Shown: positions 1 through 9,829 of the stretch, in pieces
How positions within the stretch are numbered: the first letter of the stretch is position 1
Layout: every line of letters starts with the position of its first letter
IMG/VR virus record: IMGVR_UViG_3300032238_000599
Span: 32,001 to 96,000 of that record
Reading direction: 5' to 3' (one strand)
From: a virus
Length of the DNA: 64,000 nucleotides
Program-made: the position numbers and the translations under genes
The notes under the pieces: generated by a model
Told to the model about the DNA's origin: nothing
Databases searched by the model: none
Seen by the model: the letters and a program-made list of their open reading frames with translations, nothing else

Positions 1-1835
1 CCTACGTTATTAATATTTTTATGTTTAAGAGCAAAGCCTAATTCACTATCTGCTGTTCCGGTGCCAATTGCATATGAAAATAATTTTGTACCGATGAATG
101 TTGAACCGTCGTATATTGTTTTGTCGCCAAAACTATAACGGTTAGTATCAACTACATCAAACAATGGTGTTTGATTAAGGGAAGTTTTTGTCTGAGAAAC
201 TACCCAAGTAGTTCCGTTATACCAGTACATTAATCCTTGATTATTATTTCCGTACTTAACTAATGCTGTCTGATAAAGGACCGGAGAACTTTCTTCAACT
301 AATCGAATTTGTCTACGACGAGCTTCGCCGGGCGGTACAACTTCAATAAATTCAACTCGGTAAATTTTATTTTTTACAAGAATATCAGTGTCGGCTAAAA
401 ATAATACACGCTGTCCTTGAGACAACTGCACACCGTCTACATTATAACCTAGCTGGCCTTCGATTGTACTAAACACATCTGCTGTAAATGTATCAATTAC
501 ATCTACATCAAGTATAGCCTCAAGTCCAGAATTAAATAATTTTAAGCCAGCTTCAAATTCAATAATAGGACGAATAGCTCGAGCTAGTTGATCTAAACTA
601 GCGATTTTGCCATTATAAGCCGCACTAGTTTCAATTACATCTTTGTGAAACCAGCGATTATATCTTGCCCATGGATTTCTATCCTTGCTTGCTCTGTTAA
701 TTACAATATAATCTTTCTTGTTTGAGTATGACGTGGCAATATCAAAAGGATAGTAGTCAAACGTTGTATCATCGAACGGAACTACAACACTATCAGAATA
801 ATTAGAAATAATTTCTAAGTCACGTTCTGCAACTAATTGAATTTTATCGCCAACACCTTCTACATAAAATAAATCTGTAGCATATTTTTCAGGTGTAACT
901 ATTCCTCTAAATTTTAATTTCATACCATTGCTTAACTGTGTTCCGTTAGGCAATGTATAAGTTTTCTTACCTATAACATCTCTTTCAACATCAATTTCTG
1001 TATTTTCAGTAATGTTATAAATTTTAATAACGCCGCCAACGTTAGCATCATTTTCACTAACATAAAATAATACATTAGGCGCATTGTTTGGAATCTTAAT
1101 TGTGATTGTGCCGTCTTCTACCGCAGAAATAGTACTATCACCCCAATCATATCTGTCTGAGGTTCCGGCTGTTTTAGCAGTTTTAAAACTAAACGGTTCG
1201 CCTTGACTCTTAATAACAAAGTTATAAGTTTGTCCTCTAAATAGTTTTAATATGGGATTTCTAGTAAGGCCGTTTGGAGTAAACACATACTCTTTGCTTC
1301 CGCCCTCGTCTTCAACATTAACAGTATATGTACTTTCAATGGTACGTTGTTGTCCAACTATATCGATAACATCAGGACCGTAAGGCAACCAGTAGTATTG
1401 TTGGAAGTTAACAAACTTGTCCCAATCAATGTGCGGATTCCAAGAATAAAATTCTTGGCGATTTAAACGTTCGTGATTAGAAACATTGCCGCCAAACACA
1501 TCTAGTTGATTAATATAATCAATATAGTCTTTATAATATTCAACGTTACCTAACGAATCTTTAACTGTTAGACTTGGTTCTAACTGATAATTTTGTCTAT
1601 CGCCGTCAACCGATTTAACAAAAATATTTGATCCGGTTGAAGATTTTGCGTTTTGACGTCCGATATATCCGTTAACTTTTTTAACCGTTCCGGGTTGTAC
1701 TAATTGATCTAATGTAGCATTAGTAAATTTTTTGTTACTGTCTGTTCTATAGAACCGAGGTAACAACGAAGAAGTTTTAATAGTCTTCTTGCTACCTCTT
1801 GAAGGAACCGGATATTCGTTTTGATTCTTTGCCAT
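1..1835 (-). CDS. Large baseplate wedge-type structural protein (probable T4 gp7 analogue), partial; runs off the left edge
   Basis: Not in the ORF track because it has no stop in the window. ATG at 1835 lies just after the gp6 stop. Manual translation gives MAKNQNEYPVPSRGSKKTIKTSSLLPRFYRTDSNKKF...WNPHIDWDKFVNFQQYYWLPYGP. Its position directly after gp6 suggests gp7. Confidence 0.6.
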   Translation of the reverse strand, partial: MAKNQNEYPVPSRGSKKTIKTSSLLPRFYRTDSNKKFTNATLDQLVQPGTVKKVNGYIGRQNAKSSTGSNIFVKSVDGDRQNYQLEPSLTVKDSLGNVEYYKDYIDYINQLDVFGGNVSNHERLNRQEFYSWNPHIDWDKFVNFQQYYWLPYGPDVIDIVGQQRTIESTYTVNVEDEGGSKEYVFTPNGLTRNPILKLFRGQTYNFVIKSQGEPFSFKTAKTAGTSDRYDWGDSTISAVEDGTITIKIPNNAPNVLFYVSENDANVGGVIKIYNITENTEIDVERDVIGKKTYTLPNGTQLSNGMKLKFRGIVTPEKYATDLFYVEGVGDKIQLVAERDLEIISNYSDSVVVPFDDTTFDYYPFDIATSYSNKKDYIVINRASKDRNPWARYNRWFHKDVIETSAAYNGKIASLDQLARAIRPIIEFEAGLKLFNSGLEAILDVDVIDTFTADVFSTIEGQLGYNVDGVQLSQGQRVLFLADTDILVKNKIYRVEFIEVVPPGEARRRQIRLVEESSPVLYQTALVKYGNNNQGLMYWYNGTTWVVSQTKTSLNQTPLFDVVDTNRYSFGDKTIYDGSTFIGTKLFSYAIGTGTADSELGFALKHKNINNV

Positions 1836-1838
1836 TTA

Positions 1839-4800
1839 TTACCCGCCTGATGCACTAGTGATTGTTTGTTGTGCTGTAGCTGTTGATGATGTTACAGCGA
1901 TGCCCGTTGTTTTAATACTACTTGCTGTTATGCCTGTAATAATTTCTATGTCGTCTACAGTAGCTCCGCTAATAAACAACTGATCGGCTTCTGCTTTAAT
2001 TTCATAGAAACTACCAAATCCTAAACTACCTGATCGTGGAACTATTACGAAATTAGTAATTGTAGGTGCAAGATTGTTCATAACATAAGTTGCTAGTTCT
2101 GAGAAATAGAAAGTATCTCCAAAGTCCCAATTTTCTAAAGCAAAAAATTCATTAATTGCAATTAGAACATTTGTTTTAATTTCATTATCACTTACTACTT
2201 GTGCAGAGTTTTTAACTACTTTAAATATAGCCTGGACATCTGCATTTGATTTGGTACCAAATAGTACTCGGTACTTTACTGGGTGATAGATAATTTCATC
2301 ACTAATTGATTTAATTAAATTTAAACTCGGGCTAAGTGAACTGTATAATTGATCTGAACTAGGTGCCAATGGTTCATAAGTTCTGCTACCATCTAGCCAT
2401 TGTCTAAATTGTACATCATAATTTCTAGTCAATACAAAAATGTCAATGATATTACTAATTGTTGGATCAATCCTAGTCTCATAGTCAGCACTATGCACAT
2501 ATTGGAATTTGATATTTCCACGCCCAGAAAAAACTTTATAATCTAAACTAGGCACTAACTTACTTTGTAATAAGTTTAGTCGTTTAACAACGTTAGTTTT
2601 TACAAAATAAAAATATTGCCCGTCAGTATGATTAATTAACGGATACGCATTATTTTCCGCATAAAATATTTTAACTTTGTTGTTTATATTACTAACATAT
2701 CTATAATCTTCTTGTCCTTTTTCAACAAGGTATTTTTCTAAGATAACAAATTTTGTTTGCAGTACTGCGGCTTCTGTTTCATTAACATCCGGCGGGGCAA
2801 CTAGATTAAAAAACAAATCTGGATTGTCTACAATGCCGTCATCGTTTTCATCAGAGAATGTAATTTCAATCTTTTTAGTATCTTTATATCCATCTAATCC
2901 TATAAACTCTTTCGATATTTCCCAATTCAAATCATAGGTAAAAGGTACGGTATCATCTGGTTGAGTGTTGATGTTTAAAATTCGAATTTGATCTTTAACA
3001 ATTAGGTTAGTTCTACTATCGTAGATTTTATTTGTTTCATCAAAATAAAAACGAACTTTTGCGTCACTTTCAAACACATATCTTAATAAACGAGATGTAA
3101 CAGTATAGTATTCATTATCTGTAGTAAACAGTATTAGCCAGCTTGAATCTAACTGCTGATTTGTGTTATCACCTTGTTTACCTAGACTAAAATTACTCTT
3201 AGAGTCAAGATTTGTTTCAAAAACTATTACCCAACTCTTCTGATCAATATCATAACGTAAGCCAAAAGGCTTGTTAGAAAAGATTAAATTGATCATTGTA
3301 GAAATAGTACTAGTATCTAAAGTAGTTCTCCACTTTGGAATTATCCTATTAAGAATAGCACCGTCAGGAACGATAGAACTTAATACCACTGGACCAAGGC
3401 CTGTTAATAATGTTCCTACTCCGCCGGCGCGGCCGTCGCCTGTTACTCCGACTACAGTAGCCCATAATTCAGTAGAAGTGTTAAGTCCTTGAACAGTTGT
3501 TAGCTCATTATTCTTGTCTCTTTGAAAATATTGAGGAAGACCACCTGGAGTGTCAGGAGCGGTAAATTTAATCAAACTTCCAAGATCGACATACTTTAAA
3601 GTAGTAAGTGCATAGGTAGAAACTGGCAATATTGCGCCGTCATTTGTTGATCGAAAATACCCAGTGCCTTCATTTGTATCACTAGTTACAAATCCCCATG
3701 CTACTTCTGCTTCAGTATAAGATATTAAATTAAAGTTAGCATAATAGTAATTTCTTAGAGCAGGTTCTTTTAGAGTATCAATAATTTTATTGTATATAAT
3801 ACCTTCAATGTCAGTTCTAGTTACGTAAGTAAATCTATAACTGTCATTGTATTCTTCTCGATAAATCACGCCATCGTCAGCAAATATATTTGTTGAGCTA
3901 TACTTTCCTGTAGGATCAACTAGATCAAAATATCGACTAATTCCGCTTGCTGAACGATTCATTGCTTTAACTTTAGCAACATCTTGGCTAACGCCTAGCG
4001 GACTAATATTATAATCTTCGCCTGTAATCATACGGTTTTGTGTATAATAAGTTTGAGGCGCATTAGTCTTGATACTGTCGTTTGTTTCACTAACACTCGA
4101 ATTAGTTACAGATGTTTGTAAACTTAAAGTTAAAGTCAATACTTCTTGTTGTCCTACATTTGAAATGTACGGAACATCAATGCTTATACTTTTAATGTCT
4201 TTAGCATTAATTGTATAAGATAGTGCATTGCTAGTTCTATAGTAAGTACGGAATGTGCCTAGTGGAAGGCTCCCAAACGTTCCATCACTAAATGTTAAAC
4301 TAACTCGATCGCCTGCACGAGTTACAACACCATAAATGTTTTTAATATTTTTCTTTAGACTATTATAGATAATGTTGTTGCCTTCAAAGCTAGGAACTTT
4401 TGCCCATAGTTCTGATTCAACACCGTTTTGATTTAATCTGTATAACCATACATCTGAGTCGTTAACGTTTACTGCGTCAATGTCAACGCTTTCGTTATTG
4501 CTAGGCTGAGTAATTGTAAACGTGCCTTGATTTAATGTTCCTTGACGGAAATGTAAAAAGAATCCTGAACTAGGACTTGCCGCGCCGCGGCCGTCATTTC
4601 GATACAAGAACGCAAGATGGTTACCAATTCTTGGGGGTTCTTCATAGATGAATGTTTCGTCTTTGAAAACCGTTGACACTATTTCAAATGTCATAGAACG
4701 TCCGTCGATTGCTTTACTAAAAGTATAAACCGGAACATCAGTATTAGTAGCTTGGAAACGATATTGTTCTGTTGGAATGCCGTTAATTACTGCTTTGTCA

Positions 4801-5321
4801 TCAGGATTACCAAACTGTCCTGTTGTAGGAAGAGATGCATTTATAACTTTAGTAAATTGATCATACCAGTTAGTATTTGCTGGATCATTCCATACAACGA
4901 CTTGTCCAGATAAATTTCTACCATTACTATCTAAAACAGTTTGTGTGGTTTTTACACTGGTAAATTTTAATAATCCGTTGGCAGCAACATTACGTTTTGC
5001 ATTGTAACTTAGCATACGTGCTAGACGTAAGACCGACTCTCGGCGTTCTGCTAGTTCTAAAAAGTTTTCACGAGCATTTAAATCAACACGGAAAGCAATA
5101 CTCTGTCCAAGGAAAGCAATAAGATCAATTAGAGCAAGATATTCACTAGATTCAATATAATCATTGTAATCTTCTGGGTAATTTTGGCGGATGTAGGAAA
5201 TCATTGTCCTACGCAAGTTTTCAAAGTCGTAGCTTTGGAAGTCAGCATTGCGGAAAGATTGGTAAACTTTTTTCCAATCTTCTGCTACTAATAATCTATT
5301 TTGTCTATCTGTTGATGACAT
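1839..5321 (-). CDS. gp6: Baseplate wedge subunit, T4 gp6-like
   Basis: N-terminal DFQSYDFENLRRTMISYIR...LIDLIAFLG...ENFLELAERRESVLRLARMLSY, plus FSDGTFG and ETNDSIKTNAP...QNRMITGEDY motifs typical of gp6/baseplate J proteins; adjacent to gp25. Confidence 0.85.
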   Translation of the reverse strand: MSSTDRQNRLLVAEDWKKVYQSFRNADFQSYDFENLRRTMISYIRQNYPEDYNDYIESSEYLALIDLIAFLGQSIAFRVDLNARENFLELAERRESVLRLARMLSYNAKRNVAANGLLKFTSVKTTQTVLDSNGRNLSGQVVVWNDPANTNWYDQFTKVINASLPTTGQFGNPDDKAVINGIPTEQYRFQATNTDVPVYTFSKAIDGRSMTFEIVSTVFKDETFIYEEPPRIGNHLAFLYRNDGRGAASPSSGFFLHFRQGTLNQGTFTITQPSNNESVDIDAVNVNDSDVWLYRLNQNGVESELWAKVPSFEGNNIIYNSLKKNIKNIYGVVTRAGDRVSLTFSDGTFGSLPLGTFRTYYRTSNALSYTINAKDIKSISIDVPYISNVGQQEVLTLTLSLQTSVTNSSVSETNDSIKTNAPQTYYTQNRMITGEDYNISPLGVSQDVAKVKAMNRSASGISRYFDLVDPTGKYSSTNIFADDGVIYREEYNDSYRFTYVTRTDIEGIIYNKIIDTLKEPALRNYYYANFNLISYTEAEVAWGFVTSDTNEGTGYFRSTNDGAILPVSTYALTTLKYVDLGSLIKFTAPDTPGGLPQYFQRDKNNELTTVQGLNTSTELWATVVGVTGDGRAGGVGTLLTGLGPVVLSSIVPDGAILNRIIPKWRTTLDTSTISTMINLIFSNKPFGLRYDIDQKSWVIVFETNLDSKSNFSLGKQGDNTNQQLDSSWLILFTTDNEYYTVTSRLLRYVFESDAKVRFYFDETNKIYDSRTNLIVKDQIRILNINTQPDDTVPFTYDLNWEISKEFIGLDGYKDTKKIEITFSDENDDGIVDNPDLFFNLVAPPDVNETEAAVLQTKFVILEKYLVEKGQEDYRYVSNINNKVKIFYAENNAYPLINHTDGQYFYFVKTNVVKRLNLLQSKLVPSLDYKVFSGRGNIKFQYVHSADYETRIDPTISNIIDIFVLTRNYDVQFRQWLDGSRTYEPLAPSSDQLYSSLSPSLNLIKSISDEIIYHPVKYRVLFGTKSNADVQAIFKVVKNSAQVVSDNEIKTNVLIAINEFFALENWDFGDTFYFSELATYVMNNLAPTITNFVIVPRSGSLGFGSFYEIKAEADQLFISGATVDDIEIITGITASSIKTTGIAVTSSTATAQQTITSASGG

Positions 5322-5339
5322 ATTCTTTCCTATTTTACA

Positions 5340-5347
5340 TATTTATC
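5340..5347 (-). promoter_or_regulatory. T4-type late promoter (GATAAATA) for gp6
   Basis: tatttatc on the + strand, 19 nt upstream of the gp6 ATG; matches the gp55-recognised TATAAATA box. Confidence 0.7.
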
Positions 5348-5368
5348 GGATACTATTAACTGGGTAGT

Positions 5369-5815
5369 TTATCTTGTTAGTAGCCCGTTATCTTGATCAA
5401 ATTTTAATTGCATACTTTGACTAATGTTGTAGGGCAAATAAGTTAGTACACACTCTATTTGTATTCCTGATTCATAGCTAGTAATTGTAATTTGATCAGC
5501 TTTTATCCTAGGGTCGTAGTTGATAATCATTTCAACGTTTTTAGCAATTGCCTGTTTAAGATCTTCTGTTAATGGTTCAAACAACATATCCCAGATAATG
5601 GTTCCAAAATTAGGATTCATTAATCTTTCGCCTTGTCGTGTATGGAAATGATTTAACAAGTCTTGCTTAATCAATTCTAAATCAAATAAGCTAAAATTTT
5701 CTGTAGACGGATTGACCGTACTAAACCCTTTGTATGTTTTAGTTCCCGGAATATCGTTATTCCTACGTCCAGGAGTTAGTACGATTTTATCGTATAGATT
5801 AGAGTTTGTTGTCAT
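5369..5815 (-). CDS. gp25: Baseplate wedge subunit, gp25-like
   Basis: IKQDLLNHFHTRQGERLMNPNFGTIIWDMLFEP...YDPRI is the gp25/GPW signature. Confidence 0.9.
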   Translation of the reverse strand: MTTNSNLYDKIVLTPGRRNNDIPGTKTYKGFSTVNPSTENFSLFDLELIKQDLLNHFHTRQGERLMNPNFGTIIWDMLFEPLTEDLKQAIAKNVEMIINYDPRIKADQITITSYESGIQIECVLTYLPYNISQSMQLKFDQDNGLLTR

Positions 5816-7179
5816 TATTCTTCCTCATTGCTTGGCGGTTTAATCTTTGCAAATGTGTCTGTTTCAGTTGAATACTTTTTAAATCTTGCAGGAGTTGCTT
5901 GAGCAGGAACAACTAATTTTGCTTCTGTCTTTGCAGGAGTAACTGCTGTTGGATCAAGATTTTCATGTCCTGCCCACGGTTCATGCTGAGGTATCCTAAC
6001 AGGTTTTGATGCTTTAGTTGCTACTGGACCGTTCATATCAATTCTTCCAGCAGTTTCTCTATGAGCTGTAGTACTATTAATATGGCTAACTGCTCCTGAT
6101 GTTATTTTTGTATCTCGCCCAGCACTTAAATTAATATCTCGAGCGGCTGTAAGATTAATGTCTCTATCGGCTGTAACATTTAAATCATTTTTAGTATGGA
6201 TACTAATACTGTCTTCTGCGAAGATATCAATCTTGCCGTTGCTAGTTAATTCAATCCAAGTAGTACCTTTAGCGTTGCCAATATAAATTAAATCTTCGCT
6301 GTTGTGCAATAAAATTTGATGCCCAGTACGTGTTCGTATACGGACTAATTCGTTATGAGGAATTGTTTTAATTCCATCAGTTTCTCCTTGCTCAACGGCC
6401 GCATATAATGGAGGGCCTTCGTCAGCTTTGGTTTTACGAAGAAACTTATCATCACCATCATCCATTACAAACGTTGTACCGCCAAGTCTGCTTACAAAAG
6501 CACCACTAATTCTAGAATCTTTTTTTCCTATATTACCTTTTGTAGCGCCATCTTGTTTGTCAACAGGTCCCGGAGTACTGATACCAAAAACCATACTAGG
6601 AGTTTCGCGACGAGCACTTGATGTAGTAATACCTCGAATGTCGTCTTCAATTAATCCTTGATCAGCTAGAACTTTTGCCAAAGGATGTTTTGGTTTTGTA
6701 ATTTTAGTTGGATCTGTTTCTGGCTTGTCAATTCTTTTATTGTATTCAGCAACAGGAACTCTTGGATAGTCACCGTCGACGTTATACAATGTTGCGGCAA
6801 CACCTGGCATACTAAAATTAATATTTTCATCTTGTACACAACCAATCCAATAACCTTTACGTGGATCTCCGTCAATAAAAATAACCATAACAGTTGACCC
6901 AACATCTGGCGGTATCATCCACATTCCGTAGGCTTTCTGCGTAGCATTATAATCGTCGGTGCCTTCATTTACATAGTCAACACTAGTTTGTCCAAAAAAT
7001 GGACTCATATATTTTACTTGATGTAACTGGCCATCGGCGGCTTCATCGTTCCCTACAGGTCTTAACAACTCAACCTCAAGTCCACCCATGTAGTTAGGAT
7101 CGAGGTGGCTGATAACTTTAGCCAAGTAAGGACCGGGCTTGGGATCTGGTTGTGATGTTGATCTGACTTCTACTGGCAT
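5815..7179 (-). CDS. gp5: Baseplate central spike, gp5/VgrG-like (OB-fold plus beta-helix, no evident lysozyme domain)
   Basis: DP...G...V and PPDVGSTVMVIFIDGDPRKGYWIG OB-fold motifs; RTRTGHQI; C-terminal 8-residue repeats (DLNVTADR/DINLTAAR/DINLSAGR). Confidence 0.75.
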   Translation of the reverse strand: MPVEVRSTSQPDPKPGPYLAKVISHLDPNYMGGLEVELLRPVGNDEAADGQLHQVKYMSPFFGQTSVDYVNEGTDDYNATQKAYGMWMIPPDVGSTVMVIFIDGDPRKGYWIGCVQDENINFSMPGVAATLYNVDGDYPRVPVAEYNKRIDKPETDPTKITKPKHPLAKVLADQGLIEDDIRGITTSSARRETPSMVFGISTPGPVDKQDGATKGNIGKKDSRISGAFVSRLGGTTFVMDDGDDKFLRKTKADEGPPLYAAVEQGETDGIKTIPHNELVRIRTRTGHQILLHNSEDLIYIGNAKGTTWIELTSNGKIDIFAEDSISIHTKNDLNVTADRDINLTAARDINLSAGRDTKITSGAVSHINSTTAHRETAGRIDMNGPVATKASKPVRIPQHEPWAGHENLDPTAVTPAKTEAKLVVPAQATPARFKKYSTETDTFAKIKPPSNEEE

Positions 7180-7182
7180 ATT

Positions 7183-9528
7183 TTAACCGTACCAATCTAA
7201 TAAATCGTTATCAGGAACTGTTTCAGTACCTGGGAACTTAGTTCTAGCTTTTGCCGCAAGCTCTTTATTAAGCTCGGCAGCTTCCTGTAATCCTCTTCTT
7301 AGTAAATGAAGAGTTTGTGTAAATTTTCCACTTGAAAAATTTGTTGAGCAAGTTTGTACTTTATACAATCCTGAAAAATTTAATAAAAGTTTATCGGATG
7401 CAAAATCGTACATGCCTGCGCTTTGGTTAATATCAACTGGCGTTTTAAAATTAACAATAATATCAACTTCGCTCGATTGATAATCAATTGCTCCGTCATT
7501 GTTAATGTTGTCATACCCTGTTTCGTTCTTAGCTGTATAATTACCCATTCCGCTGTCGCCAAGATAATACGGATCACCCATGATCTTCATATCAACTTCA
7601 ATCATGTCTGCACCTTCACTTAACGCTTCGTGGAATTGTCGAGCTCGACGAGTAGCAGAATTTTCAGATCCACCTCCGCCAAGTTTATCTGTCGATGTTT
7701 GCAAACCAACTGGCAATGTCTTCGATCCAGTAGATCCAGTTACTACTGTTTTTTCACCGTCTAACGGAGGAAGTTCTGTGTCGGTTGCATCTTGGCTTCC
7801 TTGTTCTGCTTGCATTTTAATATCTTGCGAATTATTGCCGCCATCAGCCGCAAACTTTTGGAAGAAACTATTTTGAATAGTAATATCAAAGTCTAAAACG
7901 TCTAAATTCTTACCAGTATAAATGTAGTTATACTCTTTAATAGCCTGCTTCTTAAGTTCTTCAAACCCTGGAGCAGGCACGTTAGCTGGCATAAATTTTC
8001 CAGAATGTACTTTATATGGCACAACTCTATAGACAACAATTTTAGGTTTTTGTCCTGTTTTGGCTAAGTTAGAATCATCTGATATTTGATAAAATTGTGT
8101 TTCAATTCTCCACCAAGGTAAAAATCCTTTGTCGTCAATCATGTTACCTTTAAGAGCTTGTTGAGCATAGTTACTTTGTAAAATAACTTGATTAATACTG
8201 TTCATTACGTCAGTATCTTGTCTAAATTTAAACTCGCTCATTGCAGGGTCTTGTTGACTGTCAACTTCACCTCGAATATAAGTTCCACTAGTCTCATCAT
8301 AGGCTTTGTTTTCTTTTCCGTATGATGGATCACCTTTTCTTTCTAAATTAAATCCCATGCTTGATTGTCCAACTGCATTGCAAGCATCTGTATTTTGCAC
8401 TACATTAGTTCCTGCACTAGTTGTAACTTGTGTAACGCCTAACTTTTCAAAAAGAGTAGAAGATGCATTTGCTTTGCTAGTGTCGGCAGTAGCTGGTGTG
8501 CTATCTTCCGGAGTTGCATCTGAGCCTGAAGAATTTGGCGTGGCACTACTTGCAATTTCTTGCGGGAATAAAATTAAAATTTGATCCGCAGTAGCAAGAA
8601 CTTTGTCCTTAACTAATTTTGCTTGATAATCGTTTAAAACTTTTTGTAAACTTTTTTCACCCGTTTGTAAAACTTCTTGAACTGTCTTACCACTAATCGA
8701 AATATCAGTTTTGTTTTTAGTGTAGTTGTCGCTGAATGCACCATCATTCCAAATAATACATTGAACTTGATACGTTGCGCCTTTACCAGTAACTTTCATT
8801 ACTACTTCACGAAATTTAATTGGAAAATATTTTCTTAGCTGAGGTAAATCAACTGTTTCGTTTTGTTCAGTAAATCCTTTAAAATCAATTTGAAACAAAA
8901 ACGGGCATTCAACATAACTAGGTTGTCCTGCTTGGTCGGCGGCAATAGCAACTGACTCCATAAACAATCCCATACTGTATGGTTCTGTAACTGTAAAATT
9001 TAAACTTGTTGCACTACTATTACCTGTATTTTTATCAAATCCTACAATACTTTCAATATTAACGTTATCAATAAAAAAATCAAATTTTCCGTAATCTGTT
9101 TCAATTCGGTTGTCTGGACTACCGGCGGCGCTTTTTGCAATAATAAATTGTGGTATACCTGCTCTATAAGTAGAATCGGGATTGTTAATAGAATTGTCTG
9201 GCAACGCACTTAAAGTAAAAATATAAGTGTAACTAGAAAAAATATTTAAAATATTAGGATAAGGCGGAGCTGGAATATCTCCAGCTGCCTTAGCCAGCAT
9301 TGAAGGTGCTTTAAGTAATTTTGTAATATCAACATTAAATGCACCTAGTGGATCTCTAATTAAGTTACTAACTTGTCCAGCAACTTTGTTTGCCGCGCCA
9401 GCAATTTGTCCTGCTGTTTGAGTAACCGTAGCACTTAAATTACTTGCTAGTCCTGAATTTGTTAGTGTATTCTTTGCTGAGTTGACTGCATTAGTCGCCG
9501 CTGATTGTATAACATCAAAATTTGGCAT
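7183..9528 (-). CDS. Probable baseplate hub protein (gp27/VgrG N-terminal-like)
   Basis: Located between gp53 and gp5; C-terminal IMGDPYYL...FSGLYKVQTCSTNFSSGKFTQTLHLLR resembles hub C-termini. Confidence 0.5.
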   Translation of the reverse strand: MPNFDVIQSAATNAVNSAKNTLTNSGLASNLSATVTQTAGQIAGAANKVAGQVSNLIRDPLGAFNVDITKLLKAPSMLAKAAGDIPAPPYPNILNIFSSYTYIFTLSALPDNSINNPDSTYRAGIPQFIIAKSAAGSPDNRIETDYGKFDFFIDNVNIESIVGFDKNTGNSSATSLNFTVTEPYSMGLFMESVAIAADQAGQPSYVECPFLFQIDFKGFTEQNETVDLPQLRKYFPIKFREVVMKVTGKGATYQVQCIIWNDGAFSDNYTKNKTDISISGKTVQEVLQTGEKSLQKVLNDYQAKLVKDKVLATADQILILFPQEIASSATPNSSGSDATPEDSTPATADTSKANASSTLFEKLGVTQVTTSAGTNVVQNTDACNAVGQSSMGFNLERKGDPSYGKENKAYDETSGTYIRGEVDSQQDPAMSEFKFRQDTDVMNSINQVILQSNYAQQALKGNMIDDKGFLPWWRIETQFYQISDDSNLAKTGQKPKIVVYRVVPYKVHSGKFMPANVPAPGFEELKKQAIKEYNYIYTGKNLDVLDFDITIQNSFFQKFAADGGNNSQDIKMQAEQGSQDATDTELPPLDGEKTVVTGSTGSKTLPVGLQTSTDKLGGGGSENSATRRARQFHEALSEGADMIEVDMKIMGDPYYLGDSGMGNYTAKNETGYDNINNDGAIDYQSSEVDIIVNFKTPVDINQSAGMYDFASDKLLLNFSGLYKVQTCSTNFSSGKFTQTLHLLRRGLQEAAELNKELAAKARTKFPGTETVPDNDLLDWYG

Positions 9529-9529
9529 A

Positions 9530-9829
9530 TTATAGTCCTAAAATAGTTTTTAAACTATTTCCTTTAGGTATGTATATTTGAGTTCCAGGAATAAAATCAA
9601 GGATAGGATCTTGAATAGCATCAAGATTGCGTTGAACAAACACCCACCACAGTGCCGAATCTCCATACAAGTCATGCGCTAGTAGATCTGGACGATGTGT
9701 ATATTGCGGTTCAATTGTATACAAGAAATCATCTTCTTCGGCACTAACTGGTCGAATTTTTAAAATGCCTAGATAATTATCTTGTACTTGAGTGGCGAAC
9801 CAAGGACTTTTAGGAGAATATTTTGCCAT
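9530..9829 (-). CDS. gp53: Baseplate wedge protein, gp53/LysM-like
   Basis: RPDLLAHDLYGDSALWWVF...N...DF.PG..IYIP LysM-like signature. Confidence 0.8.
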   Translation of the reverse strand: MAKYSPKSPWFATQVQDNYLGILKIRPVSAEEDDFLYTIEPQYTHRPDLLAHDLYGDSALWWVFVQRNLDAIQDPILDFIPGTQIYIPKGNSLKTILGL

